Of a stretch of DNA of 24,874 nucleotides, positions 16,442 to 24,874 are shown in pieces (the first letter of the stretch is position 1; each line of letters starts with the position of its first letter). A program made the translations under genes and the position numbers. The stretch is taken from assembly GCA_043778225.1 (NCBI GenBank), contig JAYWGM010000047.1:1-24874 (forward strand). Reading direction: 5' to 3'. The notes under the pieces were generated by a model that searched no databases, had not been told where the DNA came from, and worked only from the letters and a program-made list of their open reading frames with translations. This DNA is from Deinococcales bacterium (GTDB lineage Bacteria > Deinococcota > Deinococci > Deinococcales > JAAFIG01).

Positions 16442-17580
16442 TTGCTTGGTTTATTTTGCTTGGCTTGGTGGCGTTGGCGTTGGCAACTTTTGCGTTGCTG
16501 CCACTTCGTGGTAACTCGGTGCAGATTCAAATTAAAACTAAAAAAGACGAACTCGAGGACGAACTCAGTACCTTGTATAGCCAAATTCGGGAACTTGAAC
16601 GGCAATTGGAAGACCAAGAAATGAGCCCAGAAGATTATCAGCGCTTTCGCTTGCGCGACGAAACTCGAGCCGCCAAACTATTGGAGACGATCGAAAAAGC
16701 CCCTGAGACTGGACCAAAAGTTCAACCTCGAGCCAACCTGCGCGGCGGAGCAATGATGTTTTTAGCAACCGCCGTTATTCTTGGCGGTCTGAGTGCTTTT
16801 GCTGTCCCAAACCTCGAGAAACTGGCATTACGAACCGGTGAGCGCGAACTGTTTGAAAATCAAAAAGAATTGCTGAGTATTGCAGGTGAACTCAATGAAC
16901 TTTCTAAGCTCGAACAAGCCAAGCCCGAAACCGAGCGCAAGGATTTACCACTCGAGAAATTACTGCGCTACGGCGATGTCGCGTGGGAACTCGAGCGCTT
17001 TGAAGATGCCGCTAAAGGCTACGGTTCGGCACTCAGGCAATTCACCGATGCTGCCAAAAAAACGCCAAGCGTCAAACCAAATACCGACAACATTAAAGCC
17101 CTCTCGAGGTACGGGCAAATTTTATTCTTTAATGGCGACAACGACCAAGCCCTGACGCTGCTTGAGACCGCCGCTAAACTTGGCAACGCCGAAGCATGGC
17201 TAACGATTGGTAACATTCGCTTCAGTGCTAAAAATGACCCCAAAGGTGCAATTGCGGCTTGGCAGCAATTCCAAAAAATCAACACCGATAAAGCCTTTGG
17301 CGCTCGAGTTCCAGATCTTATTGCCGCCGCCAAAACGCGCTTACGCGCAGTTGACCCCGGCGCGACTTTATTTGCTCAGAACTGCTCGGCTTGTCATGGG
17401 GCAGAAGCCCAAGGTTTGGTTGGACCGAACTTAAAAACCTCACAAAAAGCAAAAAGCTCAGACTTTCTCAAAAAACAACTGGCTAACGGCTCGAGCAACC
17501 AAGAAATGCCAGCCTTCAAGCAAATCCAAGGTAAAGATTTGGATAACTTGATTCAATTTGTGACTGGCTTAAAACCATAA
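16438..17580 (+). CDS. CcmI-like TPR protein fused to a class I cytochrome c domain
   Basis: TM-coiled coil-TM N-terminus (LYSQIRELE...EDYQ), TPR-like helices, C-terminal GATLFAQNCSACHG...GPNL...MPAF. Confidence 0.85.
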   Translation: MIAWFILLGLVALALATFALLPLRGNSVQIQIKTKKDELEDELSTLYSQIRELERQLEDQEMSPEDYQRFRLRDETRAAKLLETIEKAPETGPKVQPRANLRGGAMMFLATAVILGGLSAFAVPNLEKLALRTGERELFENQKELLSIAGELNELSKLEQAKPETERKDLPLEKLLRYGDVAWELERFEDAAKGYGSALRQFTDAAKKTPSVKPNTDNIKALSRYGQILFFNGDNDQALTLLETAAKLGNAEAWLTIGNIRFSAKNDPKGAIAAWQQFQKINTDKAFGARVPDLIAAAKTRLRAVDPGATLFAQNCSACHGAEAQGLVGPNLKTSQKAKSSDFLKKQLANGSSNQEMPAFKQIQGKDLDNLIQFVTGLKP

Positions 17581-17582
17581 CC

Positions 17583-18125
17583 ATGCCTCTGAATCGTCGT
17601 AAAATTCTCGAGTATTGGTGGCTTGCACCCATTGCTGCGGTGGCAGGTTTTTTTACATGGTTTGGGATTCGTTCTTGGAACATTCTGGTCGGTAAGCCTG
17701 CCCCGAGTGCAGTACCCCAATTTGTGGCTGCCCCAAAAGTGCGGGTGGCTCGAGTGGCAGACTTTCCAAAACTCTGGGATGCCATTGAGTTCAAAATTGG
17801 TACAACGCCAGCCATTTTGGTACGGGTGCAAAAACCACAACTTGGTGGGCTAAGCGTAGCTGGAAAGCACTTTATTGGACTCTCAAGAAACTGCACCCAT
17901 TTGCGCTGCCCAGTCGAGTACATTAAAAACCCCGAAATTACCGCCATGGCATACAAATACCGTCCTGAATTTGCCCATCCAGTCTTGGGTTGCGCTTGTC
18001 ATTTTAGTGCCTTTGACCCTGAGATGGCAGGAAAAAGTGTGTCGGGTCCAGCCTTGTTGCCACTGCCAAGGGTGCAACTCGAGGCTCGAGGCTCAGAAAT
18101 TTTTGCGATTGGACTCGAGGCGTAG
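17583..18125 (+). CDS. Rieske [2Fe-2S] protein with Tat-like anchor
   Basis: NRRKIL followed by a TM helix; CTHLRC and CACHFS boxes; SGPALLPLP. Confidence 0.92.
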   Translation: MPLNRRKILEYWWLAPIAAVAGFFTWFGIRSWNILVGKPAPSAVPQFVAAPKVRVARVADFPKLWDAIEFKIGTTPAILVRVQKPQLGGLSVAGKHFIGLSRNCTHLRCPVEYIKNPEITAMAYKYRPEFAHPVLGCACHFSAFDPEMAGKSVSGPALLPLPRVQLEARGSEIFAIGLEA

Positions 18126-18145
18126 AGGGCTGTTGGACTCTAGGC

Positions 18146-19279
18146 TTAAAGTGTATCCAGCCACTCGAGAATTTCATGGCGATGCTCGTTTAACCTTGGT
18201 GGGGCTTGTCGAATTGGCAGGGCTTGACCGTCAAATTCAAATGGTGGCGCAGTCAGACGCACCTCGCCCAATTCTGGATGCTGCACGGTTTGTACCACGC
18301 CTCGAGACTTTGCCCAGTCTGACTCGAGTGCCTGAGCCACGCTCCAGACTGCCCCACATGGCACACCTGCTGATTGTAAACAGAGTATCGCCTCATCGCT
18401 CGAGAAACCTGCCAAGTGTGCCTCTAAACGCTGTGTAATCTCGAGCCGATGGCTTAAACGCTGCTGGTTGGTGGCAAAACGTGGCTCAAGTAAATCTGTG
18501 GCGTTAAGTGCCAAGCAAAGTTTTTGATACAAGCTATCGTTGCCAGCCGCGATATTGACAAAACTATCCGAGGTTTTATACGTGCCATACGGCACAATAC
18601 TGCGGTGTTCATTGCCCAGCCGTTCGGGTTCTTCGCCAGCATTTAAGTAGCGCGAAACTTGGTATGTGCCAAGCGCAATCATGCTCTCGAGCAGATTGAC
18701 CTCGATATGCCGCCCAAGCCCAGTGCTTTGACGTTCAAACAGGGCTGCCAGAATTCCTTGGGTCGCCAGCGAACCCGCAAAAATATCGGCAATCGCCACA
18801 CCCGCTTTGGTTGGATTCTTGTCGCCGGTGTAACTCATAAAGCCGCTCATGCCTTGGGCGATTAAATCGTAACCCGACCAGTCTTTGAGCGCCCCACTCG
18901 AGCCAAAGCCAGAAATGCTACAGGTGATCAAACGCGCCCTTGTGGTTATAATTCCCAACTTCTCGAGTGTCCCCGGGCGGTAATTCTCGACCAATACATC
19001 GGACGCATCCACAATTTGTTGGGCAAGCTCGAGGTCGCTTAGATTTTTTAAGTCTAAGGCAATGCTTTGTTTGTTGCGGTTAGCACTTAAAAAATAGGTG
19101 GCTTCTCTGTTCCCATCATGCTCGAGCCAAGGCGCACCCCACGCTCGGGTATCGTCGCCGTCGGGTGGTTCGATTTTAATGATTTTTGCCCCGAGGTCGC
19201 CAAGCGTTTGGGTACAAAACGGACCTGTTAAGACTCGGGTAAAATCGGCAACCACAATGCCAGACAAAGGAAGATTCAT
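18146..19279 (-). CDS. Family III CoA-transferase (CaiB/BaiF)
   Basis: PLSGIVVADFTRVLTGP, NRNKQS, ENYRPG, GYDLIAQG and catalytic IAD. Confidence 0.93.
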   Translation of the reverse strand: MNLPLSGIVVADFTRVLTGPFCTQTLGDLGAKIIKIEPPDGDDTRAWGAPWLEHDGNREATYFLSANRNKQSIALDLKNLSDLELAQQIVDASDVLVENYRPGTLEKLGIITTRARLITCSISGFGSSGALKDWSGYDLIAQGMSGFMSYTGDKNPTKAGVAIADIFAGSLATQGILAALFERQSTGLGRHIEVNLLESMIALGTYQVSRYLNAGEEPERLGNEHRSIVPYGTYKTSDSFVNIAAGNDSLYQKLCLALNATDLLEPRFATNQQRLSHRLEITQRLEAHLAGFSSDEAILCLQSAGVPCGAVWSVAQALESDWAKSRGVVQTVQHPELGEVRLTAPPFEFDGQALPIRQAPPRLNEHRHEILEWLDTL

Positions 19280-20235
19280 AAGCCACCTCTAAAAGCAGTT
19301 TTTATTTCGGCGCGAGTTGCCCCACCAGACAGCAGCACCAGCAATAAAATTCGGGCTTTGTGGGCATTCAAAAATGAAGCCGAAATCGCGCCGAGTTCTT
19401 GCAACTGTCTCCCGCCGCCTTCATAGCCATAAATCGGCAAAATTGCGCCCGTGTGGGTGCGGGTCGCAATCACCACGGGTTTGGCTGCGCCTGCAATAAT
19501 CGGCACAACGTCGGGCGGTACATTGCCAGTCCCTAAGGCGGCAATCACCACGCCATCGGCTCGAGCCAAGGCTTCTGGTAAACCTTGTCCGCGCCACCCA
19601 GCATAAGCGTAAACAATCTCGACCTTGGCGGCAACATTGTTGACGGCTTGGGTAACTCGAGCTTCGGGGATGGCAAAATACGAAATCATTGGCGCTCCTG
19701 CCAAAAAATCTATCCGCCCAATCGGACCTGGATAGCCCGCAAATGCCTCGAGTCGAGTGGTGTCGGTCTTGGTGACGGTGCGAGCATCAAAAATATCGCC
19801 AGCAAAAACCACCAGAACTCCACTTGAACGCGGCTCGAGTGCGACATGGGCTGCCGCCAAGACATTGCCAGGTCCATCCCATGATGCTTCTTCGGCGTGG
19901 CGCATACTGCCAGTCAGGACCACTGGCACATTTGTTTGAAGGGTTAAGTGCAAAAAAAACGCGGTTTCCTCGAGCGTATCTGTGCCATGGGTTAGCACAA
20001 TACCATCGTGATGAACGGCAACCGCTTGAATTAAATCGCGCAACTCGAGCATATGGGCTGGGGTGATGTGTGGGCTGGGCAAATTAAATGGCTGGAACAG
20101 CGAAATTTCAAATTGCTTGAGGCTTGGCAATGCCTCGAGTAAATCCAGCATGGCGTTGGCTGGAGTTAAATTGCCATTTGGGTCGGTGCGGCTGGCGATT
20201 GTGCCACCCGTCTGAATGAGTGCAAGGCGTTTCAT
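19276..20235 (-). CDS. L-asparaginase (cytoplasmic)
   Basis: TGGTIAS and THGTDTLEET motifs; start placed at ATG 20235 (MKRLALIQTGGT). Confidence 0.92.
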   Translation of the reverse strand: MKRLALIQTGGTIASRTDPNGNLTPANAMLDLLEALPSLKQFEISLFQPFNLPSPHITPAHMLELRDLIQAVAVHHDGIVLTHGTDTLEETAFFLHLTLQTNVPVVLTGSMRHAEEASWDGPGNVLAAAHVALEPRSSGVLVVFAGDIFDARTVTKTDTTRLEAFAGYPGPIGRIDFLAGAPMISYFAIPEARVTQAVNNVAAKVEIVYAYAGWRGQGLPEALARADGVVIAALGTGNVPPDVVPIIAGAAKPVVIATRTHTGAILPIYGYEGGGRQLQELGAISASFLNAHKARILLLVLLSGGATRAEIKTAFRGGL

Positions 20236-20244
20236 GATGCAATC

Positions 20245-20259
20245 AGCATACGGTACAGT
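20245..20259. promoter_or_regulatory. Back-to-back -10 boxes for the divergent asparaginase and rsmF-like genes
   Basis: Minus-strand TATGCT at 20245-20250 and plus-strand TACAGT at 20254-20259 within a 32-bp gap; no SD on either side. Confidence 0.5.
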
Positions 20260-20267
20260 AATACCCA

Positions 20268-21602
20268 ATGCGGCAACTTCCCAAAGAATTCATGGCACGA
20301 ATGCAAACCCAACTTGGGAGCGATTTTACCGCCTTCAAAACCGAACTCGAGAACGGCGAACGGCAATATGGCATCCGTAGCAATACCTTAAAAATAACTC
20401 GAGCAGAATTGGCGACCGAACTGAAATTAACCCAGACTATTCCCTGGTCAGAAAGCGGTTTATACGCCACTCGAGAAGCCCGACTTGGAGCGCATCCGCT
20501 TCACCATGCTGGGGCATACTATGTCCAAGAACCCAGCGCTCAGGCGGTGGCGCACGCCTTAGAGTTAAAACCCAATCTGCGGGTGCTGGATTTATGTGCT
20601 GCACCCGGCGGAAAAAGCACCCACTTAGCCGCCCTGATGCAAAACCAAGGGGTCTTGGTCTGCAACGAAATCAGTGCTACGCGGGGCAGAGCTTTAGCCG
20701 AAAACCTCGAGCGACTGGGCTGTGTTGGTATTGTTAGCAACGAAGAACCCGCCCGACTGACCGAAAAATGGGGTGCATATTTTGATCGAATTCTGGTGGA
20801 TGCGCCGTGCAGTGGTGAAGGAATGTTTCGTAAGCACACGGCAGCCATTCAAAGTTGGTCTCTAAACCATGTCAAAACCTGTGCCGTGCGCCAAAGTGCC
20901 ATCCTCGAGAACGCCGTGGCACTGCTGGCTGATGGCGGGGTTTTGGTTTACAGCACTTGTACTTTCGCGCCTGAAGAAAACGAGAATGTGATTGTCGGTT
21001 TGCTCGAGCAGCACCCAGAATTGAGGCTTGAAACAATTGATGGGTTTACAAGTGGAATCAATGGCATTGGCTCGAGATTGTACCCGCATTTAATTCGTGG
21101 CGAAGGACATTTTTTGGTAAAGCTCCGAAAAAGGTCACGAGGTGAGGCAAGCCCCACCCCTACGGATGGAGGGATTGATCTTGTTTCTACGGTGAAGGAT
21201 AAAAAAACTTTTTTAGAATTCACCCAAGAATTTGCTGTGCCAGAAGGTGTCGCCCTCGAGTTTCGCGGTGAAATTCAGATCGCACACCCAAACAGCCCAA
21301 GTCTCGAGGGCATTCGGGCATTACGGGCTGGAATTCCAGTCGCACAAATTCAAAAAAACCGACTCGAGCCACATCATGGCTTGTCTCGAGTCATCCAAGG
21401 CTTTGGTAATGTGGTCGAACTCGAGCCAATAGAAGTGGGGGCTTATCTGCATGGCGATACCATTTCTCGAGCAGGCAGTGCTGGCTGGGTTTTGCTGCAA
21501 ACCCAAGGCTTGGCGCTTGGTTGGGGTAAACGGGTTGGGCAGACAATCAAAAATCATTACCCCAAGCATTTACGTGGCAATTTGGTGTTGCTCGAGGACT
21601 AA
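20268..21602 (+). CDS. rsmF: rRNA m5C methyltransferase, RsmB/RsmF (NOL1/NOP2) family
   Basis: YYVQEPSA, LDLCAAPGGKST, LVDAPCSGEG, VYSTCT and C-terminal PUA-like KNHYPK. Confidence 0.9.
   Translation: MRQLPKEFMARMQTQLGSDFTAFKTELENGERQYGIRSNTLKITRAELATELKLTQTIPWSESGLYATREARLGAHPLHHAGAYYVQEPSAQAVAHALELKPNLRVLDLCAAPGGKSTHLAALMQNQGVLVCNEISATRGRALAENLERLGCVGIVSNEEPARLTEKWGAYFDRILVDAPCSGEGMFRKHTAAIQSWSLNHVKTCAVRQSAILENAVALLADGGVLVYSTCTFAPEENENVIVGLLEQHPELRLETIDGFTSGINGIGSRLYPHLIRGEGHFLVKLRKRSRGEASPTPTDGGIDLVSTVKDKKTFLEFTQEFAVPEGVALEFRGEIQIAHPNSPSLEGIRALRAGIPVAQIQKNRLEPHHGLSRVIQGFGNVVELEPIEVGAYLHGDTISRAGSAGWVLLQTQGLALGWGKRVGQTIKNHYPKHLRGNLVLLED
21141..21163 (-). repeat. GTAG-type REP inside the rsmF coding sequence
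   Basis: Minus strand GTAG-GGGTGGGGC-tt-GCCTCACC; translated as GEASPTPT in the interdomain linker. Confidence 0.65.
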
Positions 21603-21603
21603 A

Positions 21604-22209
21604 ATGCTGATTCGGTCGTATACCCTTTTGGATTATCCGCAATTGCTTGAGCTTCAACGGGCGTGTTTCCCCGCGCCTTACCCAGAAGATCAGCTTTGGA
21701 GCAGAGCCCAAATTGCGTCGCACCTCGAGCATTTTGCAGCAGGGGCGCTTTGTGTCGCCGAAAACGGGCTGATTATTGCTTCGGCAACGGCTTTAATCCT
21801 CGAGCATCCAGCCCACACTTTTGCTCAAGCCACCGATAATGGCTTTATTGGCAACCACAATTCGCAAGGCGACACGCTTTATGGGGTGGATATGGCGGTG
21901 CATCCAGCTTGGCGCGGACGCGGAATTGCGCGGATGCTGTATCAGGCTCGGTTTAGGTTGGTGCAGCAATTAGGCTTGAAGCGTTTTATGGCGGCTGGAC
22001 GAATGCCAGGACTCGAGAACCACTCCAATTTAAGCCCCGAAGAGTATGTGGAAAAAGTGGTGGCTGGTGAACTAACCGACCCAACACTGACCCCACAACT
22101 TAAAAATGGTTTGACACCCACAAAAGTCTTACACCAATATATCGAAGATGCCCAGTCAAGGAATTGTGTGCTTCTACTCGAGTGGAGGAATCCGTTATTG
22201 CCAATATAA
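21604..22209 (+). CDS. GNAT acetyltransferase (YkwB-like)
   Basis: LQRACFPAPYP, LYGVDMAVHPAWRGRGIAR, GRMPG and DPTLTPQL; starts 1 nt after the rsmF stop. Confidence 0.88.
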   Translation: MLIRSYTLLDYPQLLELQRACFPAPYPEDQLWSRAQIASHLEHFAAGALCVAENGLIIASATALILEHPAHTFAQATDNGFIGNHNSQGDTLYGVDMAVHPAWRGRGIARMLYQARFRLVQQLGLKRFMAAGRMPGLENHSNLSPEEYVEKVVAGELTDPTLTPQLKNGLTPTKVLHQYIEDAQSRNCVLLLEWRNPLLPI

Positions 22210-22361
22210 TTACTTTGATCCAAGTTCGCAACTTATTGAGATTAGCGATTTGGAAAAATTTAAGCAGATTAGAGAATTATGTGGTACTTTGAATACTAAC
22301 CAATTCAGCGATAGATGACGCTTCGGTCTAGTGTATTAGACATCTGGGACGGATAAACTTT

Positions 22362-24719
22362 ATGGCAGACCAAAAACTAAAATTTAATGTCAGTAGCGGA
22401 CTAAAAAGTATATTGGGAAATCAATTGATAACCAATGAAGAAGTGGCTATTTTTGAATTGATTAAAAATTCATTTGATGCTGATGCCACGCAAATAGAAT
22501 TGTACTTTAGTAAAGATAGGATTGTTATTTCTGATAATGGAAAAGGAATGACTTTTCGGGAAATAAATGAAAAATGGCTTTTTGTAGCCTATTCAGAAAA
22601 AAAAGAAGCAAACGAAAATCCTAATTTTAGAGATGAAATTTCTAAAAGAAAATTTTACGCAGGAAGTAAAGGTATAGGCAGATTTTCTGCGGATAGATTG
22701 GGGAAATCCATTCAACTTCAGACTCGCTCAATAAATGAACCTGATAGCCCTATTAATCAAATTAAAGTTGACTGGGAATCATTTGATAAAAATCAACTAA
22801 AACTCTTCGGAGATATTGAAATACAATATGAAACAACATTAAAATTTGAAAACCCTAATGAACTAAACCTATTTCCACATGGGACAATAATATCCATAGA
22901 TAAAACTCGAATTACATGGACTCGAGAAAAAATCCTATCCCTCAAAAAATCTTTAGCTAAACTCATTAACCCATTTGGAGCAGAGTTAGATAATTTTAAG
23001 ATATTCATGATAGTTCCCAGTGAAATAGAGGAGGATAAAAAGCTAAGGGCGAGTAGCGGATATGTTGAAGATGATGAGCTAAATAAAATTATCAACGGGG
23101 AAATAAAAAACTTTATTTTCTCGACACTCTCAGAAAAAACAACGCATATAAACGTTTCAATAAATCCTGATGGTAATTCTATTGAAACTACTTTAGTAGA
23201 TAGGGGTGAATTGATATACAAAATTAGAGAGCAAAACACATATAAAAATATCGCTAAGTCAGAATTTAGTTGTCAGATTTATTACTTAAATACGTCAGCA
23301 AAAGCAACCTTCACTCGACGAATGGGGGCAGAACCAATAAAGTTTGGTTCTATATTCTTATTTCGGAATGGATTTCGCGTATATCCAATAGGGGAAGAAG
23401 CAGATGATTGGTTTGGTTTAGATAGAAGAAAACAGCAAGGTTATGCAAGATTTTTGGGAACTCGAGAGCTAATTGGTAGAATTACAATAACTGGAGAAGA
23501 AAAGGATTTCCGAGAATCAACAAGTCGTGATTCAGGTTTGATAATGACACCAGCAGTTCATGAGCTTCAAAAGTTTTTTTTAGAAAAATGCTTAAAAAGA
23601 CTAGAACAATATGTTGTTTCTGTTACTTTTAAGAATACAGAGGATAAATTTTTTAGTGACATATCTCAACTGACTAATGATGAAGGCAGGAATAAAGTTA
23701 TAGGGGTGGTCTCTAAGTTAGTTGGAAAAAGCGATATTGACCTTCTGGACTATAGTAAAAACTTGGTTCAGATACTTGACGAGAAGGCTTCTTTGTTTGA
23801 AAACTCTTTGATAGGGATCAGACGAATAGCAGAAAAAATCAAAGACTCCGATTTGTTTACAAGTGTTGAAGAAGCAGAAGAAAGGTTTGCTGAGCTTAAA
23901 AAGTCGGAAAAAGAAGCGCGAGAAAATGCAAGAAAGGAACAAGAAGCTCGAAAAGTGGCTGAGAGGAAAGTAGAAGAAGCAGAAGAGGCAGAAACAAAAG
24001 CAAAAACACAATTAGCAGAAGAGCTTAAAAGGAATTTGTTTCTTACAGCGATAACCGATTTAGATGTTGAAACTGTTGTAAATTTACATCATCAAATCAC
24101 GCTGTATGCTGTTGACATCAATACGCAGATTGAGAATTTCATTCTTGATTCAATGCCAAAAAATTCAAATGAAAGAAAGAGCATTTTAGATTTTTTTGAA
24201 CAAATATCACTACTCAATAACAAGATATTAGTTATTTCCAAATTTGCAACGAAAGCAAATTTTCGACTAAACTCTGAAGAAATCGAAGAAGATTTATCAA
24301 ACTATATTGAGAGTTACCTTACAGAGATAGTAAAAAAAATATCAGGTAAAAAGATAGAGATTGTTATTAAAGGAGACAAAAAAAAGTTTTTTGTAAAGTT
24401 TAAGCCAATTGAAATTTCGATTATAATAGACAATTTTATATCGAATTCAAAAAAATCTGGAGCCAGAAAAATAGAATTTCATATGGAAGTTGTGTCAGAT
24501 AGGGAGTTTTTCTTAACAATTTCAGATAATGGAAAAGGATTTTCAGTTGATTCTAGTGACCTTAATAGGATATTTGAAAAGGGTTTTTCAGACACTGATG
24601 GCTCCGGTTTAGGCTTGTATCATGTACAACAGATAGTGCGAGGAATAAAAGGTTCTATAGATGCCAGCAAACCCACAATAGGGAAAGGTGCAATTTTTCA
24701 TATAAGGATTCCAAAATGA
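22362..24719 (+). CDS. MORC/GHKL ATPase + S5-like domain + coiled coil + histidine kinase fusion
   Basis: N-terminal GHKL motifs ELIKNSFDA, DNGKGM, GSKGIGRFS, HGT; FRNGFRVYPIG...DWFGLD; coiled coil; H-box-like NLHHQI; second HATPase DNFISNS, DNGKG, IFEKGFS, GSGLGL. Confidence 0.88.
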   Translation: MADQKLKFNVSSGLKSILGNQLITNEEVAIFELIKNSFDADATQIELYFSKDRIVISDNGKGMTFREINEKWLFVAYSEKKEANENPNFRDEISKRKFYAGSKGIGRFSADRLGKSIQLQTRSINEPDSPINQIKVDWESFDKNQLKLFGDIEIQYETTLKFENPNELNLFPHGTIISIDKTRITWTREKILSLKKSLAKLINPFGAELDNFKIFMIVPSEIEEDKKLRASSGYVEDDELNKIINGEIKNFIFSTLSEKTTHINVSINPDGNSIETTLVDRGELIYKIREQNTYKNIAKSEFSCQIYYLNTSAKATFTRRMGAEPIKFGSIFLFRNGFRVYPIGEEADDWFGLDRRKQQGYARFLGTRELIGRITITGEEKDFRESTSRDSGLIMTPAVHELQKFFLEKCLKRLEQYVVSVTFKNTEDKFFSDISQLTNDEGRNKVIGVVSKLVGKSDIDLLDYSKNLVQILDEKASLFENSLIGIRRIAEKIKDSDLFTSVEEAEERFAELKKSEKEARENARKEQEARKVAERKVEEAEEAETKAKTQLAEELKRNLFLTAITDLDVETVVNLHHQITLYAVDINTQIENFILDSMPKNSNERKSILDFFEQISLLNNKILVISKFATKANFRLNSEEIEEDLSNYIESYLTEIVKKISGKKIEIVIKGDKKKFFVKFKPIEISIIIDNFISNSKKSGARKIEFHMEVVSDREFFLTISDNGKGFSVDSSDLNRIFEKGFSDTDGSGLGLYHVQQIVRGIKGSIDASKPTIGKGAIFHIRIPK

Positions 24720-24874
24720 GATTAGATTTTAATATTTTATGGATTGATGACCAACAACAATATGTTAGGTCACAACAAAGATCGCTCGAAAGAGTTATTA
24801 GAAAAGAGGGTTTTCAATTGGAAGTGGAGTTCATTGAGTCTGTAGAAAAAGCCGTAGAGTTTCTAAAAGAAGAC
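24716..24874 (+). CDS. Response regulator receiver-domain protein (partial, absent from the ORF track)
   Basis: ATGA overlap with the kinase; MRLDFNILWIDDQQQYVRSQQRSLERVIRKEGFQLEV... has the receiver beta1 acidic pocket ILWIDD; open to the window end. Confidence 0.85.
   Translation, partial: MRLDFNILWIDDQQQYVRSQQRSLERVIRKEGFQLEVEFIESVEKAVEFLKED

Larger units (their letters stand above)
22210..24874. other. Low-GC horizontally acquired island (continues beyond the window)
   Basis: Abrupt shift to AT-rich DNA with many ATA/AGA codons after 22209; only 2 CTCGAG seen in about 2.6 kb. Confidence 0.8.

Noticed and set aside
20236..21603. ORF-track starts at 20268 (asparaginase, minus) and 21451 (GNAT)
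   Set aside because: These extensions overlap the divergent promoter or rsmF; family motifs begin at 20235 and 21604.
887..22200. CTCGAG (XhoI) sites as cloning or assembly artefacts, or as a CRISPR/tandem repeat
   Set aside because: Sites are irregularly spaced and sit in intact reading frames; no repeat-spacer periodicity was seen anywhere in the window.
22210..22361. Possible att site or tRNA at the island boundary
   Set aside because: No tRNA fold, integrase or identifiable direct repeat is visible within the window.
860..24011. Numerous antisense or alternate-frame ORFs (e.g. 1743..2477, 4338..4787, 10347..10898, 17875..18438, 22793..23239)
   Set aside because: Shadows of well-supported genes with no motifs of their own.
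23860..24030. GAA/GCA-rich repetitive stretch in the MORC-kinase gene
   Set aside because: Explained by an E/K/A/R-rich coiled coil.

Overview
Bacterial chromosomal segment, probably Deinococcota (inferred from TANNNT boxes placed directly before SD-less start codons, tandem TolC-family genes and the ccm-cytochrome c-Rieske gene order). From left to right: (i) a decayed low-GC erythromycin-esterase-like gene; (ii) a type I secretion operon with a C39-peptidase ABC transporter, HlyD and two TolC-family proteins, the second apparently lacking barrel strands; (iii) a REP/hairpin-rich intergenic region; (iv) an ARE-like ABC-F gene preceded by an unannotated leader peptide MTRLRSSP carrying the RLR macrolide-arrest motif; (v) a secreted hypothetical protein; (vi) a System I cytochrome c maturation cluster (ccmABCDEFGH, CcmI-cytochrome c fusion, Rieske protein) interrupted by a DUF1902 antitoxin remnant, a Uma2 gene and a yefM-yoeB pair whose toxin is frameshifted; (vii) a family III CoA-transferase, asparaginase, an RsmF-like methyltransferase with an in-frame REP, and a GNAT; (viii) a low-GC island encoding a MORC/GHKL ATPase-histidine kinase fusion plus a receiver protein cut off by the window end. 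The palindrome CTCGAG is extremely over-represented in the core DNA (about 160 copies by manual count) and nearly absent from both AT-rich flanks. All calls come from reading motifs by eye; no database search was run.
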